From a virus: a stretch of 64,000 bases of DNA. The position numbers and the translations under genes are program-made. The notes beneath the pieces are model-generated. The model ran no database searches, was not told where the DNA came from, and saw only the letters and a list, made by a program, of their open reading frames with translations. Below are positions 56,701 through 64,000 of this stretch, piece by piece (within the stretch, counting starts at the first letter, position 1; every line of letters begins with the position of its first letter). The stretch covers positions 123,194-187,193 of IMG/VR virus record IMGVR_UViG_3300021364_000001; one strand, 5' to 3'.

Positions 56701-59700
56701 AACCAGTAGAAGAACCAGAGATGTCTACAACGTCGATGCTAGTAGCGCCAGTTGCAACAACCTTAGCAGTTGTCTCAGTTGTGAAACCAGTAATAGTGTC
56801 ACCGATAGAGGGGAAGATACCAGCAATAGTGTTGAGGTTCAGTCTGGTGATCGGCATAATATCGAAGTCGATATTCCTATACACGATCTTAGAATCGGGT
56901 CTAGGTGCCTCAGAGAAGACGATGCTATTACCAACAACCTGATAAGAAGTGCCAGGAGACTGGATAACGCCATTGATAGTGACGAGCAGTTGGTTATCCT
57001 TAACGATAACCTGCTCACCTTCTACTCTAAGAGGGAACGCTTTGGTAACACCATCAAACTGAGAAGAAATATCATCAATCTTCTTAACGATAGAAGTCAG
57101 AATTTCCTCAGAGTTGGTCAGTCTCTTCTTACGGAAGAGAACTTCGGAGTTATTAAAGGTCGAGTAGATCGGTTGAGCAGCGCCAAACGAGGTGATCTCG
57201 TTAACGTTAGTGTACTCATTGATGTTTACCTGCTTGGTGAAGTCAGCAGCAACCTTACGACCAGATACGTCCTTACCACCAGTCAGTGACAGTTCACCGA
57301 ACATGTTGAAACCAACAGGGTGGTTGTTTTCAAGGATCTGCTGCTTCCAACGGTTGATAGGAATCTGAGACTTGATAACGTAGGAGAAGTTCTGGTAGAA
57401 GTAGGAGTCTTGGATCTTCTGAATGATCTCAGAAGGTTTACCTACATCATCAGTAAATCTACCAGCAGTTCTAGTGATAGCGTCAATGTTCAACACGCCC
57501 TTAGCAATGTTGATGTTGTCGATGATACCAGATGCACGAGAGATAACACCCTGCACCTTACCACCAACAACAAAGTCGCCATTGGGATTGGTAATTTTCA
57601 GGATCTTAGGTTGAATCTGCCAACCATCGTTTTCGGAAACAACACCGAAAGCAGTTGCACCTTCAAAGTCTTCACCTTGGAATACTTGCTCACCTTCCAG
57701 GAAGCGAGAAGTCTCAACCACTGCTTCTGCTTGACCACCGAATACCTCAGTGAGCAGCACCTGACGACCATCACCCTGAGTCAAGAAGGTAATGAAGTTA
57801 CCAGACTCAGCGTCAACTGGGGTCAGTGCAAAACGCAGTTGGTCAGATTCAAGACCATTTGCCTCTCCTGCAATGGCGTAGTAGGTCTGAGTAGAAGACA
57901 GACTGGTCAAACCAACGCTACTCGGTTTCGGCAGAACACCAACAGTAGAACCAATATCCTCAGCACGGAACTGAACCTCAGCACCAGTGGTAATACCATG
58001 AGGGAAGTTAAATTGCAAGTAGTTCAAGTCGAGGTTCACAACATAGGTGAACTCAGATTTCAGAGTAACAACAGGTTGTGAAGAGTAACCAGAACCAGGA
58101 TTCTTGATCAGAATCTCAGACAGTCTGTTGTTCTTAACCACTGCTTCTGCTTCGGCACCAGTACCGCCACCACCTTGGATGATAACAGCAGGTGCAGAGG
58201 TGTAACCAGCACCAGGGTTGGTGATTGTAATCTGAGACAGAATAGAAGTATTGAAGAGTTGCAGGTTGATCGGGAATGCAATCTCAGGACGTAGGGTATA
58301 GTCATGGGAGTAACCATAACCAAACTCATTGTTTTTCAGAGTCTTGATCTTACCGACTTGCTTACCAGTAAGGAACACAGCAGCGCCAGTACCCTCAGCA
58401 GGGATCACAACCTCAATCTCACCACCAGAACCCGACAGTGTGGGTCCGAGAATGCCTGGGATAGCGTCAATGTCAATAGAACCGAAAGTATACCCTTTAC
58501 CAGGATCAGTCAGAGCAACTTGACTGATGGCACCAGATCCAGTCTCTGGATCGTTTTCAACGGTGATATTACAAAGACCACCTTCACCATCACCAAGAAT
58601 CGGAACCTGAGTGTATACGCCAGGTGCATACTCAGTACCAGAGGCAGTAATACGAAGTTTCTCAATCTTACGATTAGAAGAGATGTCATCAATGACTGGG
58701 AGTTTCTTATAGAATCCACCAGGAGAAATCAACTTAATAGAGTTGATAGGACCGATTGCCTTGGTAGAAGTCGTAGAATAGATCGTATTCGGGACATCTT
58801 GGTCATCCAGACCGATTTCGGCGTTTGTGAACTCAGGTTCGTACAGAAGCGGGAATCTGAACTCAGTATCACTAATAACTTCGGAAATAGTGAATCTGCC
58901 GTCAAATGGGGTCTTGATAACGTCGATGAACGAATTAGCGCCCACAGGAGACGTTACACCAGTTCTAGACGGATCGAAGTAGTAAGTAATGTTAGTAACC
59001 TCACCACCGATCGTAAACTTGACCACAGGGGTCTCAGTAGCGGAAGAAAGTCCAGGAGTACCTTCACGCTCGATTACGTTGAAAGAATATTCCAGTTTGT
59101 ACTGGTTGTCTTGTGCAAACGACAGATAGTAACCAAAGTTGGAAGCATCACTCATATCGAAGATATAAGAGTGATTTCTGACCAGAAGCAGTGTGGGGTG
59201 CTTAGACGAGATCTTCACACGAGAAATAGCACCTTGTGCGAATGCAGGGTCAGCAGTTGCAGTTGCTCTCAGTTTGTAGATGAAATCTCTCGAAGAGAAG
59301 ACTTCTTTAACGAAGAACGAACCATTGAACTCGGCAGTAGTGAATCCTTCAACAAAGAGGATGTCATTGGTGTTGAAGTTGTGAGGAGACAGTGCAGAAC
59401 AGTAAATCAGGTCAGTTCTGTTGTCAGCAGTTCTAATGATGTCCTTATTCAAGTTTACAGTCAATCTAATCTTCTTAACGGAAGAAAGACCATTGATTTC
59501 GGCAATCTTGTCGTTAGAGTCCTCTTTGATACCAGCAGTGATACTGTTACCCAAGGAAACAACGTCACCGATGATGAAGTCAGATCCAGGGTAAGTATTG
59601 AGGATAGTTACACGATAGTCGGCAACACTGAACGGACGATAGCGAGCATAGTCAGAAAGTGGATCATATGTACTAGTGTATTGCCATGTAACGGAATTAT

Positions 59701-62700
59701 CTGTGGCAGTGCCTGCGGTATGCGTCGGAGCGACAGTACCAGACACACCAGCAACTGTACATGTATACTTGTTTCTGCCGAAGTATACGGTGTCGTCTAC
59801 ATCGTAAGAACGAGTTTCTGCCCAAGGATCAGCATCAGTAGGTGTCGGCCAAGGATAGTCTGCTAGATCGACTTCAATAGCAGGAGCAGCACTAATATAC
59901 TGCCAAACAACAGCACCATCAGTTACTGTACCGATTTCATGGGTCGGAGCAGTAGATCCAGAGGTTGCATTGTTAGTTGCATAGTAAAGTTTGCCATCAG
60001 ACCAAACTTGGTCATTTACGACATACGCTTTACCAGATTCCCAAACATCTTGGGGACGAGCAACATCAAATGAGATTTCATCGATTGTGTTCTCTTCATT
60101 TGCATCATTTTGATACAGATCGTCATTATTGAACGTACCGTAGATCTTACCAACTTTATAGGTAGTTCCAAGACCAGGATCGTCAATAGTTCCAGCAGGA
60201 GCCTCTACGATGGTGCCATATGCTTGCACAACACCATTACTGTTGACCTGTTGCAGAATGCTACCTTTCTTAAACTTAATTGCTTGATTAAAGACGAATT
60301 CTTTAACAGCGTCGATCTTCTGATAACCAGCGTCTCTAATGTAGTATTTGGGAAGAACCAGAGGTTCAATTTTCAGTTTTCTGCCCAGAGGAGTTGGAAT
60401 CGTCGAAGTCTTGGACTCATAGGTATATCTGTTCTGGACAAAGGTATAAGTGCCAGGAGCAAGAGTAGATACAACATCAGAGTAGTCAAGAATCTGCAAA
60501 CCAGAAGAACCAACGTTCCAAGTTGTAATTACAGGGTTTGAGATAGTATTAACAGTATATGCAATACCATCAGTCTCGAAATCCAAAGATTCGGTATTTC
60601 TAGTTCCATCAGGTGTGAAGTTGCCTCTCTTAGAGTGAAGACGATCAAACTTGATCAGTTCCAGAGCATCATTGGTTGTCGTGATTCTATAACGCTCAGT
60701 GGGAACCACCAGAGAAGATCCACTATATACTGCTCTGGGATCAACGACAATATCGTCAATATGACCCAAGAAGGTGTTACCAATCAAAGGACCACCCTGA
60801 GCAGCACCAATGGTCAGATCATTCATTACGATGTCATTTACAGTCGTCTGAGTAGCGACTTGAACGCCATCAAAGTAACAAGAGTAGACATAAGAACCAA
60901 GAGAAGGTTCTTCCTTCACCAGAGCGATATGGTGCCAATCTTGGTCCTGCATAGCAGTCCAATAAGTAGAACCAACAGACCAAACAGTAGTTCCACCGCC
61001 ACCAACGGGATTTGTTTGCAGACCGATCTTACCGAAGTTGCCACTACCAGAATTACCGTCAATAATGTACTGAACATCAGCACCGAGGTCATCGACGACT
61101 GTAATCATGTTAATGGTGGGATTATTAGTGGCATGGGTGTTATCCATGCGAACCCAGAACACTGTGGTCCACTCTTCAAGCAGATTGATGTCTTGCCAGA
61201 CCAAACTGTTGGTATCTTGGAATTCAAGAGATCTAGTACCGAACTTCGCTTGTGTATCACTAGAAGCGATGTTAGCAGCGTCGAAAATGGTAATTGTGCT
61301 TACCAGGTTCTGCTTAGTGTCATCAAAGGTCGGATTTGCTTGATCTTCAAATCTATGAACGATTGTTTGGACAGGATTCTGTCTGTTGGTCGCCAGAATA
61401 ACATCACCAGAGTTATCCACTGCATGAGAGTGAACTTTGAAACCAACATCGTTAGCAGACTTGGAAACATTGGTAATCTTGGAAGATTCGATGGTTCCGT
61501 CGTACTTGAATCCGAAAATAGTCGCTTGTAGGTTATTATCTTCGAGTTGGGTCTCTGTGGCGACGTTAACATTGCCAAATATGTCCAGAGTGATGCCAGC
61601 GTGCTTGATCGACTCAAATGTGGTCGAAGGAGCGATGATCTTAGCAAAATCCCACTGAGGAGTTGCAACAGTCAGTCTGATTTGATCCAAAGCGATCTTG
61701 AAGAAGGCAACACCATAATTCTTGGTGCCATTCCACATATCGCAGACAAAGAACAGATCATTGTACTCATCAAGGATAAAACGAGGTCTCTGTACATCGC
61801 CACCACTTACAGCGAGACGTTTTACATAAGACATCTCGATATTTGCACCGTCATACTCCATAACACCAAACATGAGGTCGGAGTTGTCCTGATCAATGCC
61901 ACAGAAAGCAACCTGGTTGTCTCCGAGGTAGTACAGTTGATGCATCTGCTCACCTTCGGTGTCAGAAGCAAACTTACGCTTCTCTACAACATCACCTTGG
62001 TTATTGAGTTGCATGACCCAGATATCGTCTGGATCAGGGGAGTTAGTGTCGGTCCAACCGCAGATATAGACTCTTTGCTCGTCATCCAGGTAGATATCAC
62101 CAGCATAGTCACGTCTGGTAGAACCAGACACACCAGCAATCTCTTTCTGGAATCTTACAAGACCTTCTGGATTGTTAGCATTGTCAAGACCAGATTCATA
62201 CTTAGCGACAAGGATATCAGGGTTGTAACCAGCAGTTCCTTGGGACTCGGTTTCACCAATCAAGTAAATCAGGTGATTTTCTTCGCTGGTCTCATCAAGA
62301 TACATCTTCTTCCAACGTGCAGTCTTGATAGAAGCACTAGGAAGCAGTGTTCTGTCCCAAACAACGCTACCAAGGTCATTGAACTTAGCAATGAAGGCAG
62401 AACTATCACCATTGGTCTGAGTCAGTTCACCACAGACATACAGACTACGATCAGAAGCAACAATGGAGTCAAATACTTCAAAGGTAGCACCAGTAGACTC
62501 GGAAAACTCAGTAGACCAGTAATATGTCTTCTTGAATCTCTGAGGATGGGAAACGCGGATTTCTGGGGGATTCTCAGTATCATAATTGAAACCAGAGTTG
62601 ATGATATCAACCTTATCAATCTTACCAGTCGTGGTATCCAGTTTGATATCCAGTTCAACGTCTTGACCCTGAGAACTGATGATCTCATAGGTCGGAGGAA

Positions 62701-64000
62701 TTGCCTGATTGTAACCAATACCACTTTGAGTGATAGTAATCGAATCAATGCCTGTAACAACAGACATGTAGAAACGCTTATTAGTATTCTCAGTAATAAC
62801 TCTGGAATTGACGATCAGTTCGTCTTGTGCAACTAGTTCGTGCTCTGTGGTGGTTGTGATTCTACCGTAGGGGATGTCATTGATGATTTCTTTTCTATAC
62901 TGCGAAATACCTGCACCTTGCACAGATTCAACCTGTGCGCTAGCGCCGAAACCATCTGTTCCTGTATTGTCAAAGAATAGTGTATCGTTAACCTGATAGG
63001 AAACACCAGGATTCTCGATAACGAAACCATCGATCTGAGCATTCTCGAATTTCGTCGTCGTCTCAACTTCGATATCGACTCGGGATTCTGTCGAAACTCT
63101 TGGGAAGTAATCATAGATTTGAAGTGCTGCTTCCTCCGTCATCGCCTGATTTGTGGCGATTTCCTCAGGAGAAATGATACCATCATTATCTATATCTTCA
63201 ATCTCGAAGATAATAGTGTCACCTTCACGCTCAGTGACCAGCTGGTCGGACTGTTGGTTAGGTTGACGATCAATATCGATATCAACTTCATCATAGGGAT
63301 CTCTGAAACGAGACACATCAGAGGGGATGTTCTCCTGGGTTGCTTGCTGACTCAGGTTCCAAGTATCAACCACAGAGTTGAACTGAGGTCCAATAATGTA
63401 AGGGAACACAGGAAGACCTGCTTCCGATGCATCAATAGTGATGAAGTAGGCATAAATGCCATCGGGATATTCAGGTGTCTTACAGAAACGACCGTTGTAA
63501 GGATCAAGATCGCCTTCTTGGAAAGTGTATTCGTAGTCATCAACGAACTGACCAGCAGGGTATTCGGTCAGAGAAGGTCCGTCAATACGAGCAGGGTTGG
63601 GGTTAGTATCGATATCATATACAACGTTTGCTTTCAGTTTGTAAGAAGAACGCATTCTTCTGATACCACCGCCAGCATCGGTAGGATCGATGTAACCATA
63701 AGGTCCGTAGATGGGACTTCCATCAAATGCCCAACCAATAATTGGAGAGTGGGTAATAGAAGCACCAGTCTCAGTTCCTTCTTCTTTGAACTGATTGGTC
63801 TCTGGGTCGAGAATTACGTTATCACCAACCACATAGCGGAGTTCTTTGGGATCGGATACGTGAGCATACTCACCACCATACTGGTTATTGAAACCAGTGA
63901 AAACATAACCACGAGCAATATCATACTTGGAACTCAGATCATATTCCAGGTTCTTGTTCCACTGGAACACATCTGCTTCAAATGTAGCAAGTTGACCAAC
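47792..64000 (-). CDS. Giant (>5400 aa) multidomain baseplate protein, gp7-like; 5' end beyond window
   Basis: Frame is open to 64000 (VGQLATFEADVFQWNK...). Contains a YHYH-like segment, a propeller-like region, two LamG-like domains, CBM-like modules, HPVGFNMFGE, VxxNGVIQ repeats, helical Cys repeats and a C-terminal Ig domain; lies upstream of gp8. Confidence 0.8.
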   Translation of the reverse strand, partial: VGQLATFEADVFQWNKNLEYDLSSKYDIARGYVFTGFNNQYGGEYAHVSDPKELRYVVGDNVILDPETNQFKEEGTETGASITHSPIIGWAFDGSPIYGPYGYIDPTDAGGGIRRMRSSYKLKANVVYDIDTNPNPARIDGPSLTEYPAGQFVDDYEYTFQEGDLDPYNGRFCKTPEYPDGIYAYFITIDASEAGLPVFPYIIGPQFNSVVDTWNLSQQATQENIPSDVSRFRDPYDEVDIDIDRQPNQQSDQLVTEREGDTIIFEIEDIDNDGIISPEEIATNQAMTEEAALQIYDYFPRVSTESRVDIEVETTTKFENAQIDGFVIENPGVSYQVNDTLFFDNTGTDGFGASAQVESVQGAGISQYRKEIINDIPYGRITTTTEHELVAQDELIVNSRVITENTNKRFYMSVVTGIDSITITQSGIGYNQAIPPTYEIISSQGQDVELDIKLDTTTGKIDKVDIINSGFNYDTENPPEIRVSHPQRFKKTYYWSTEFSESTGATFEVFDSIVASDRSLYVCGELTQTNGDSSAFIAKFNDLGSVVWDRTLLPSASIKTARWKKMYLDETSEENHLIYLIGETESQGTAGYNPDILVAKYESGLDNANNPEGLVRFQKEIAGVSGSTRRDYAGDIYLDDEQRVYICGWTDTNSPDPDDIWVMQLNNQGDVVEKRKFASDTEGEQMHQLYYLGDNQVAFCGIDQDNSDLMFGVMEYDGANIEMSYVKRLAVSGGDVQRPRFILDEYNDLFFVCDMWNGTKNYGVAFFKIALDQIRLTVATPQWDFAKIIAPSTTFESIKHAGITLDIFGNVNVATETQLEDNNLQATIFGFKYDGTIESSKITNVSKSANDVGFKVHSHAVDNSGDVILATNRQNPVQTIVHRFEDQANPTFDDTKQNLVSTITIFDAANIASSDTQAKFGTRSLEFQDTNSLVWQDINLLEEWTTVFWVRMDNTHATNNPTINMITVVDDLGADVQYIIDGNSGSGNFGKIGLQTNPVGGGGTTVWSVGSTYWTAMQDQDWHHIALVKEEPSLGSYVYSCYFDGVQVATQTTVNDIVMNDLTIGAAQGGPLIGNTFLGHIDDIVVDPRAVYSGSSLVVPTERYRITTTNDALELIKFDRLHSKRGNFTPDGTRNTESLDFETDGIAYTVNTISNPVITTWNVGSSGLQILDYSDVVSTLAPGTYTFVQNRYTYESKTSTIPTPLGRKLKIEPLVLPKYYIRDAGYQKIDAVKEFVFNQAIKFKKGSILQQVNSNGVVQAYGTIVEAPAGTIDDPGLGTTYKVGKIYGTFNNDDLYQNDANEENTIDEISFDVARPQDVWESGKAYVVNDQVWSDGKLYYATNNATSGSTAPTHEIGTVTDGAVVWQYISAAPAIEVDLADYPWPTPTDADPWAETRSYDVDDTVYFGRNKYTCTVAGVSGTVAPTHTAGTATDNSVTWQYTSTYDPLSDYARYRPFSVADYRVTILNTYPGSDFIIGDVVSLGNSITAGIKEDSNDKIAEINGLSSVKKIRLTVNLNKDIIRTADNRTDLIYCSALSPHNFNTNDILFVEGFTTAEFNGSFFVKEVFSSRDFIYKLRATATADPAFAQGAISRVKISSKHPTLLLVRNHSYIFDMSDASNFGYYLSFAQDNQYKLEYSFNVIEREGTPGLSSATETPVVKFTIGGEVTNITYYFDPSRTGVTSPVGANSFIDVIKTPFDGRFTISEVISDTEFRFPLLYEPEFTNAEIGLDDQDVPNTIYSTTSTKAIGPINSIKLISPGGFYKKLPVIDDISSNRKIEKLRITASGTEYAPGVYTQVPILGDGEGGLCNITVENDPETGSGAISQVALTDPGKGYTFGSIDIDAIPGILGPTLSGSGGEIEVVIPAEGTGAAVFLTGKQVGKIKTLKNNEFGYGYSHDYTLRPEIAFPINLQLFNTSILSQITITNPGAGYTSAPAVIIQGGGGTGAEAEAVVKNNRLSEILIKNPGSGYSSQPVVTLKSEFTYVVNLDLNYLQFNFPHGITTGAEVQFRAEDIGSTVGVLPKPSSVGLTSLSSTQTYYAIAGEANGLESDQLRFALTPVDAESGNFITFLTQGDGRQVLLTEVFGGQAEAVVETSRFLEGEQVFQGEDFEGATAFGVVSENDGWQIQPKILKITNPNGDFVVGGKVQGVISRASGIIDNINIAKGVLNIDAITRTAGRFTDDVGKPSEIIQKIQDSYFYQNFSYVIKSQIPINRWKQQILENNHPVGFNMFGELSLTGGKDVSGRKVAADFTKQVNINEYTNVNEITSFGAAQPIYSTFNNSEVLFRKKRLTNSEEILTSIVKKIDDISSQFDGVTKAFPLRVEGEQVIVKDNQLLVTINGVIQSPGTSYQVVGNSIVFSEAPRPDSKIVYRNIDFDIMPITRLNLNTIAGIFPSIGDTITGFTTETTAKVVATGATSIDVVDISGSSTGFALNERVDVGRTGFSALVGSIDKSFTKLFLQNIGGTFGTVLIGDRITGQTSGARATVTSIDLTENSIQVTDMSDGYFERGEDLTFFNAGYGANILNVDSVNYKTIFEFGETVTNMDGDTAIVEETNLDLDGNISDTLVLSKTSGTAEYETGQYNLFLNDIFYSAASNIAARVTSIAPYRDPITSINLERPATISGAWDTFVEGDTFFGVTSGARGEVVRVDFEASPPVLYYLPKTEQAFNLDPNTLDAESGQPIQVNETIQIYTTAVGDPDTIIPGALTETINGQPRVGDVVDTLTINKGSTFFGMIFERLISLTNTNVILDDISKTTITPTEILDSTDRINADFLDFEEVRSTEIQYENLTGGAMAAGDTLRSITVTYGNPVTDALNRWYDAANRIAANKQEIIDFANAEIAVQHPGFYYPGDNQTDQFSRYADAYRLIQRNKEYIKAKSYDDMVVEYPTLPIPSTTKCIRDIGHFVDALSMDMFQGGTVYTRKFLQMYFSEDGTTFLYVNNEAEATEYAFEQALGYMKNALTNMLTGTDTAGGQTYNLYDERSTGGSSGTGITADPSPGNPYGTAGSNTDNFGANNCSDVQSALQTLFDNVSEVLLAGSLSDLIELSEPSTYSTNETKCRRDIGYFVDALVQDIRGDGNYGVVKFTRFYFDANGTPISNGLVGETAESITAFNKARDMAKLAINNLLYDRDLTLVYDPSTYPGPYLTSSSEGHTYDPNYSQGTNFDDDTLCADVQAALDTLTSIATTAINAGNLNNINALSVISDGSFQENENLRVFKISYKEPLGNGFFLPGDTITGATSGASLSLKGANAGLKWLFTNSITGTLQNREYITNTKLTATNAVQTILEYKSGTKSLRIDAGGYLSHPLSDVNKFGTDDFTIEMWVKPTTLTGLQYLWDTRTSGPTENGSPVLYLNGGTINWWYNGSDQITGTHNMTTTDWHHVAVTRTTNITKVWVDGTQVGGDYTDNNAYLERAFKIGADEAGSNNFVGHLDNIIFKKGVSDYSATFTPGFTYPSGTGLNDVSFGLSFELPIIMSTQERLATYTGQTNSSATAKKIDYDEKTIIVEDINLSRDEYRKCADTIELNLDWIAETAVGLMKEKYPDFVMPGDTADGVGVQQGTNFCLRDTKEYILKAIIEDIRYGGNYNSVIAGRGYLTKTGDLAYVGNELLQSIFTWTEVAEVINYVITTTSSDLETYNGTKYTDILRIPNNFTAPASQAIQDEIVLLSNTIADILGPTGNRFRDAGDLIWKNRDYIAEETTGYLNDYYSANILNEITQETTFYDFLTIPGGDSKCERDIKQYILPAVITDLITGGNSATQYVIDFYLDNNNNIIYVENEIGAMLDAFNYVKKLVLHAVNNTLLTFGTTASELGVPAETHDDYYVAQWTTRTAYRDDTITIDTKGYNYADPSSNRNIDAADLLDANKHVIAREAVYTMNDLSKYLDFVVPGGAQNCIDDVMGVIDAIIHDLRYGGNSAVYDAALLYLNPEDSSISHIESEVEASIDVYKIAAEICILTMRNGFGRDNLYIYQAEGGAGGTVSPGGVGTSSIDAVDVETYEQNGADDRYIDASHIIERNIRLIAEEAVAQGLAQFPGLTIPGGNINCVHDVTDVLHAMVWNLRFGGNNKMFRAAEFYVTNGSLDHITSQSAESIWIFEKARDLAITVMRDQPITITAGHGYTQKYFADLDFFPYNQGGYVVTADTDTVTPCADVAAAMTSLMSIVTDTITTPASITDGTISKTLPNIWPVKYSPEMVLRDTSITYDSGSDWNQACASQAATIENLFDVIIQTITTAASNSPAPSYLTTITRDAGYNGNSEYQFYTCENVTSAVETLFDLMTSSLGGGSNSDKSAARRILFNKHAVSAKSFAEVQTAYPATLAEQSFADTLLNGLLIDMNTGGNNGILRIVNTWFDGEGNFIAFPDVTKQHLLWFVTRISEYCKRVLDDYNDRSVGGEWYGYDIYLDPTHEGTNAIENRYEYEKESTQFKIDSSLNLAYYAISRGTPPTQNTVQWTNNTHVTNQQNLYDEGTDWNTDPDLIINTPNIETAFERRENRVIIQRPNFYSRGDVLTYAIASSDVEPAFANVDYVYVLNATPTQFEITKEIRHDARFRDFALDTSLTGTQQLSLPVRTGITRTAKTYGQPDIDNPISGTFGLADVVVGATSNASSEIVRTRNNEAEIVKLYQKIYINTATGRFTVGERVQVQGAGTNFGTVLQTSVLTGDNEDEGWIYVENVTGSFTAADILEGVDSAQTAVVTGTNEDRMLVNIDRGAFSNGEIIFNKGNSAEADIVSYENSAGSLTSNLGGRITIDIETLQDDFIDGDIIYGSITDRILDIAYITAQGFQQIELNQFVHAEKVIECDVGNVLRDQGFEGDFKKGDLVYLLAGSTPKIPGWTAVVTDYIYDPDNSIHKIWIANLTPYGAAADGTTTTDPNELLTGGLGKFENLNNFPIIQCDIIGVQVTNYTSYGKVAGKAISGDTGRIWLEDVNGDFPSNLTIKSDYGWSAGVTQAKGLLGRCDRYFRGFDGTETSFKLTVSNGEAYFPDPAGHMLVFVNGVLQPPGANYAYTAFSDSISFTEPPTIGSEFIGYYVGKLRQLDDISFEFDSLRSSFNLKYQGGFYSLTLTEGVSSNTILPENNIIVSLNGVIQEPGVGYELVGSRIIFAEIPRAGSTFVAFSYIGSDADVIAATVVPPIEAGDILQIEGEADEREVALIESSNSLITFEYTGTVKGRGASALASIKSGEITKAIITSPGDGYTSRPNVDVVSSTGFDGRIRALMGLLRIDVKTPGIGYAQPVVTVETTVDDDFVPPTGPAVNQGFDTYAGEGTDPQGNPIVITPGYINIVTQPVNVTVNQGQTAQFTVVGQFVNSSDNQVGTTPLNYQWQRKQYGETDWNNITGQNTAVYTSNAAEQADDGDEFRVAITAAGATPVYSNSVILTVQTGATIITNFNPTQIFQ
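50900..55560 (-). repeat. Array of helical repeats resembling phycobiliprotein subunits
   Basis: Recurring DA..(I/L)..N...I..EA...P....PG(G/D)...C.(R/D/H)D......A...D(L/I)..GGN and C.(10).FD segments. Confidence 0.7.

Noticed and set aside
4424-62836. Many long plus-strand ORFs (e.g. 4424-5440, 5800-6906, 10603-11892, 25992-27365, 52181-54385, 58304-59866)
   Set aside because: They lie exactly opposite well-supported minus-strand genes, have no recognisable motifs, and are the expected shadows of biased codon usage.
1-64000. tRNA, rRNA or known riboswitch genes
   Set aside because: Intergenic gaps are short and none showed a cloverleaf or a motif I could recognise; an Infernal/tRNAscan run would be needed to exclude them fully.

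Overview
This window is the core morphogenesis region of a T4-like marine cyanophage (cyanomyovirus, Kyanoviridae-type), and every credible gene is on the minus strand. In transcription order (64000 to 1) it holds: a giant (>5400 aa, N-terminus outside the window) gp7-like baseplate protein, a YHYH/Ig protein, a gp9/10-like fibre ending in a cupredoxin-like domain, another baseplate protein, gp8, a 2470-aa DUF4815/VrlC-like protein, a 2530-aa fibre at the wac position, gp13-14-15-16, basic putative internal head proteins, and an auxiliary-metabolic island (PTOX, an untracked ndhP, zwf, gnd, SNase-like nuclease, petE) between gp16 and gp17. These are followed by gp17-18-19-20-21-22-23, gp3, uvsY, uvsW and the late sigma factor gp55. 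Late promoters (TAAATA core) and cUUCGg hairpins punctuate the region. The most striking observation is an array of about 6-7 helical repeats in the giant baseplate protein (about 50900-55560) that align by eye with phycobiliprotein subunits, including equivalents of both bilin-attachment cysteines (C-x-R-D and C-x10-F-D). Other notable points are Arg-rich tails and loop on the tail tube protein, a metal-site-rich set of virion proteins, a gapless coupled gene chain joining the metabolic genes to the terminase, and an antisense sigma70-type promoter next to gp55. All family assignments are from motif recognition and memory; no searches were run.
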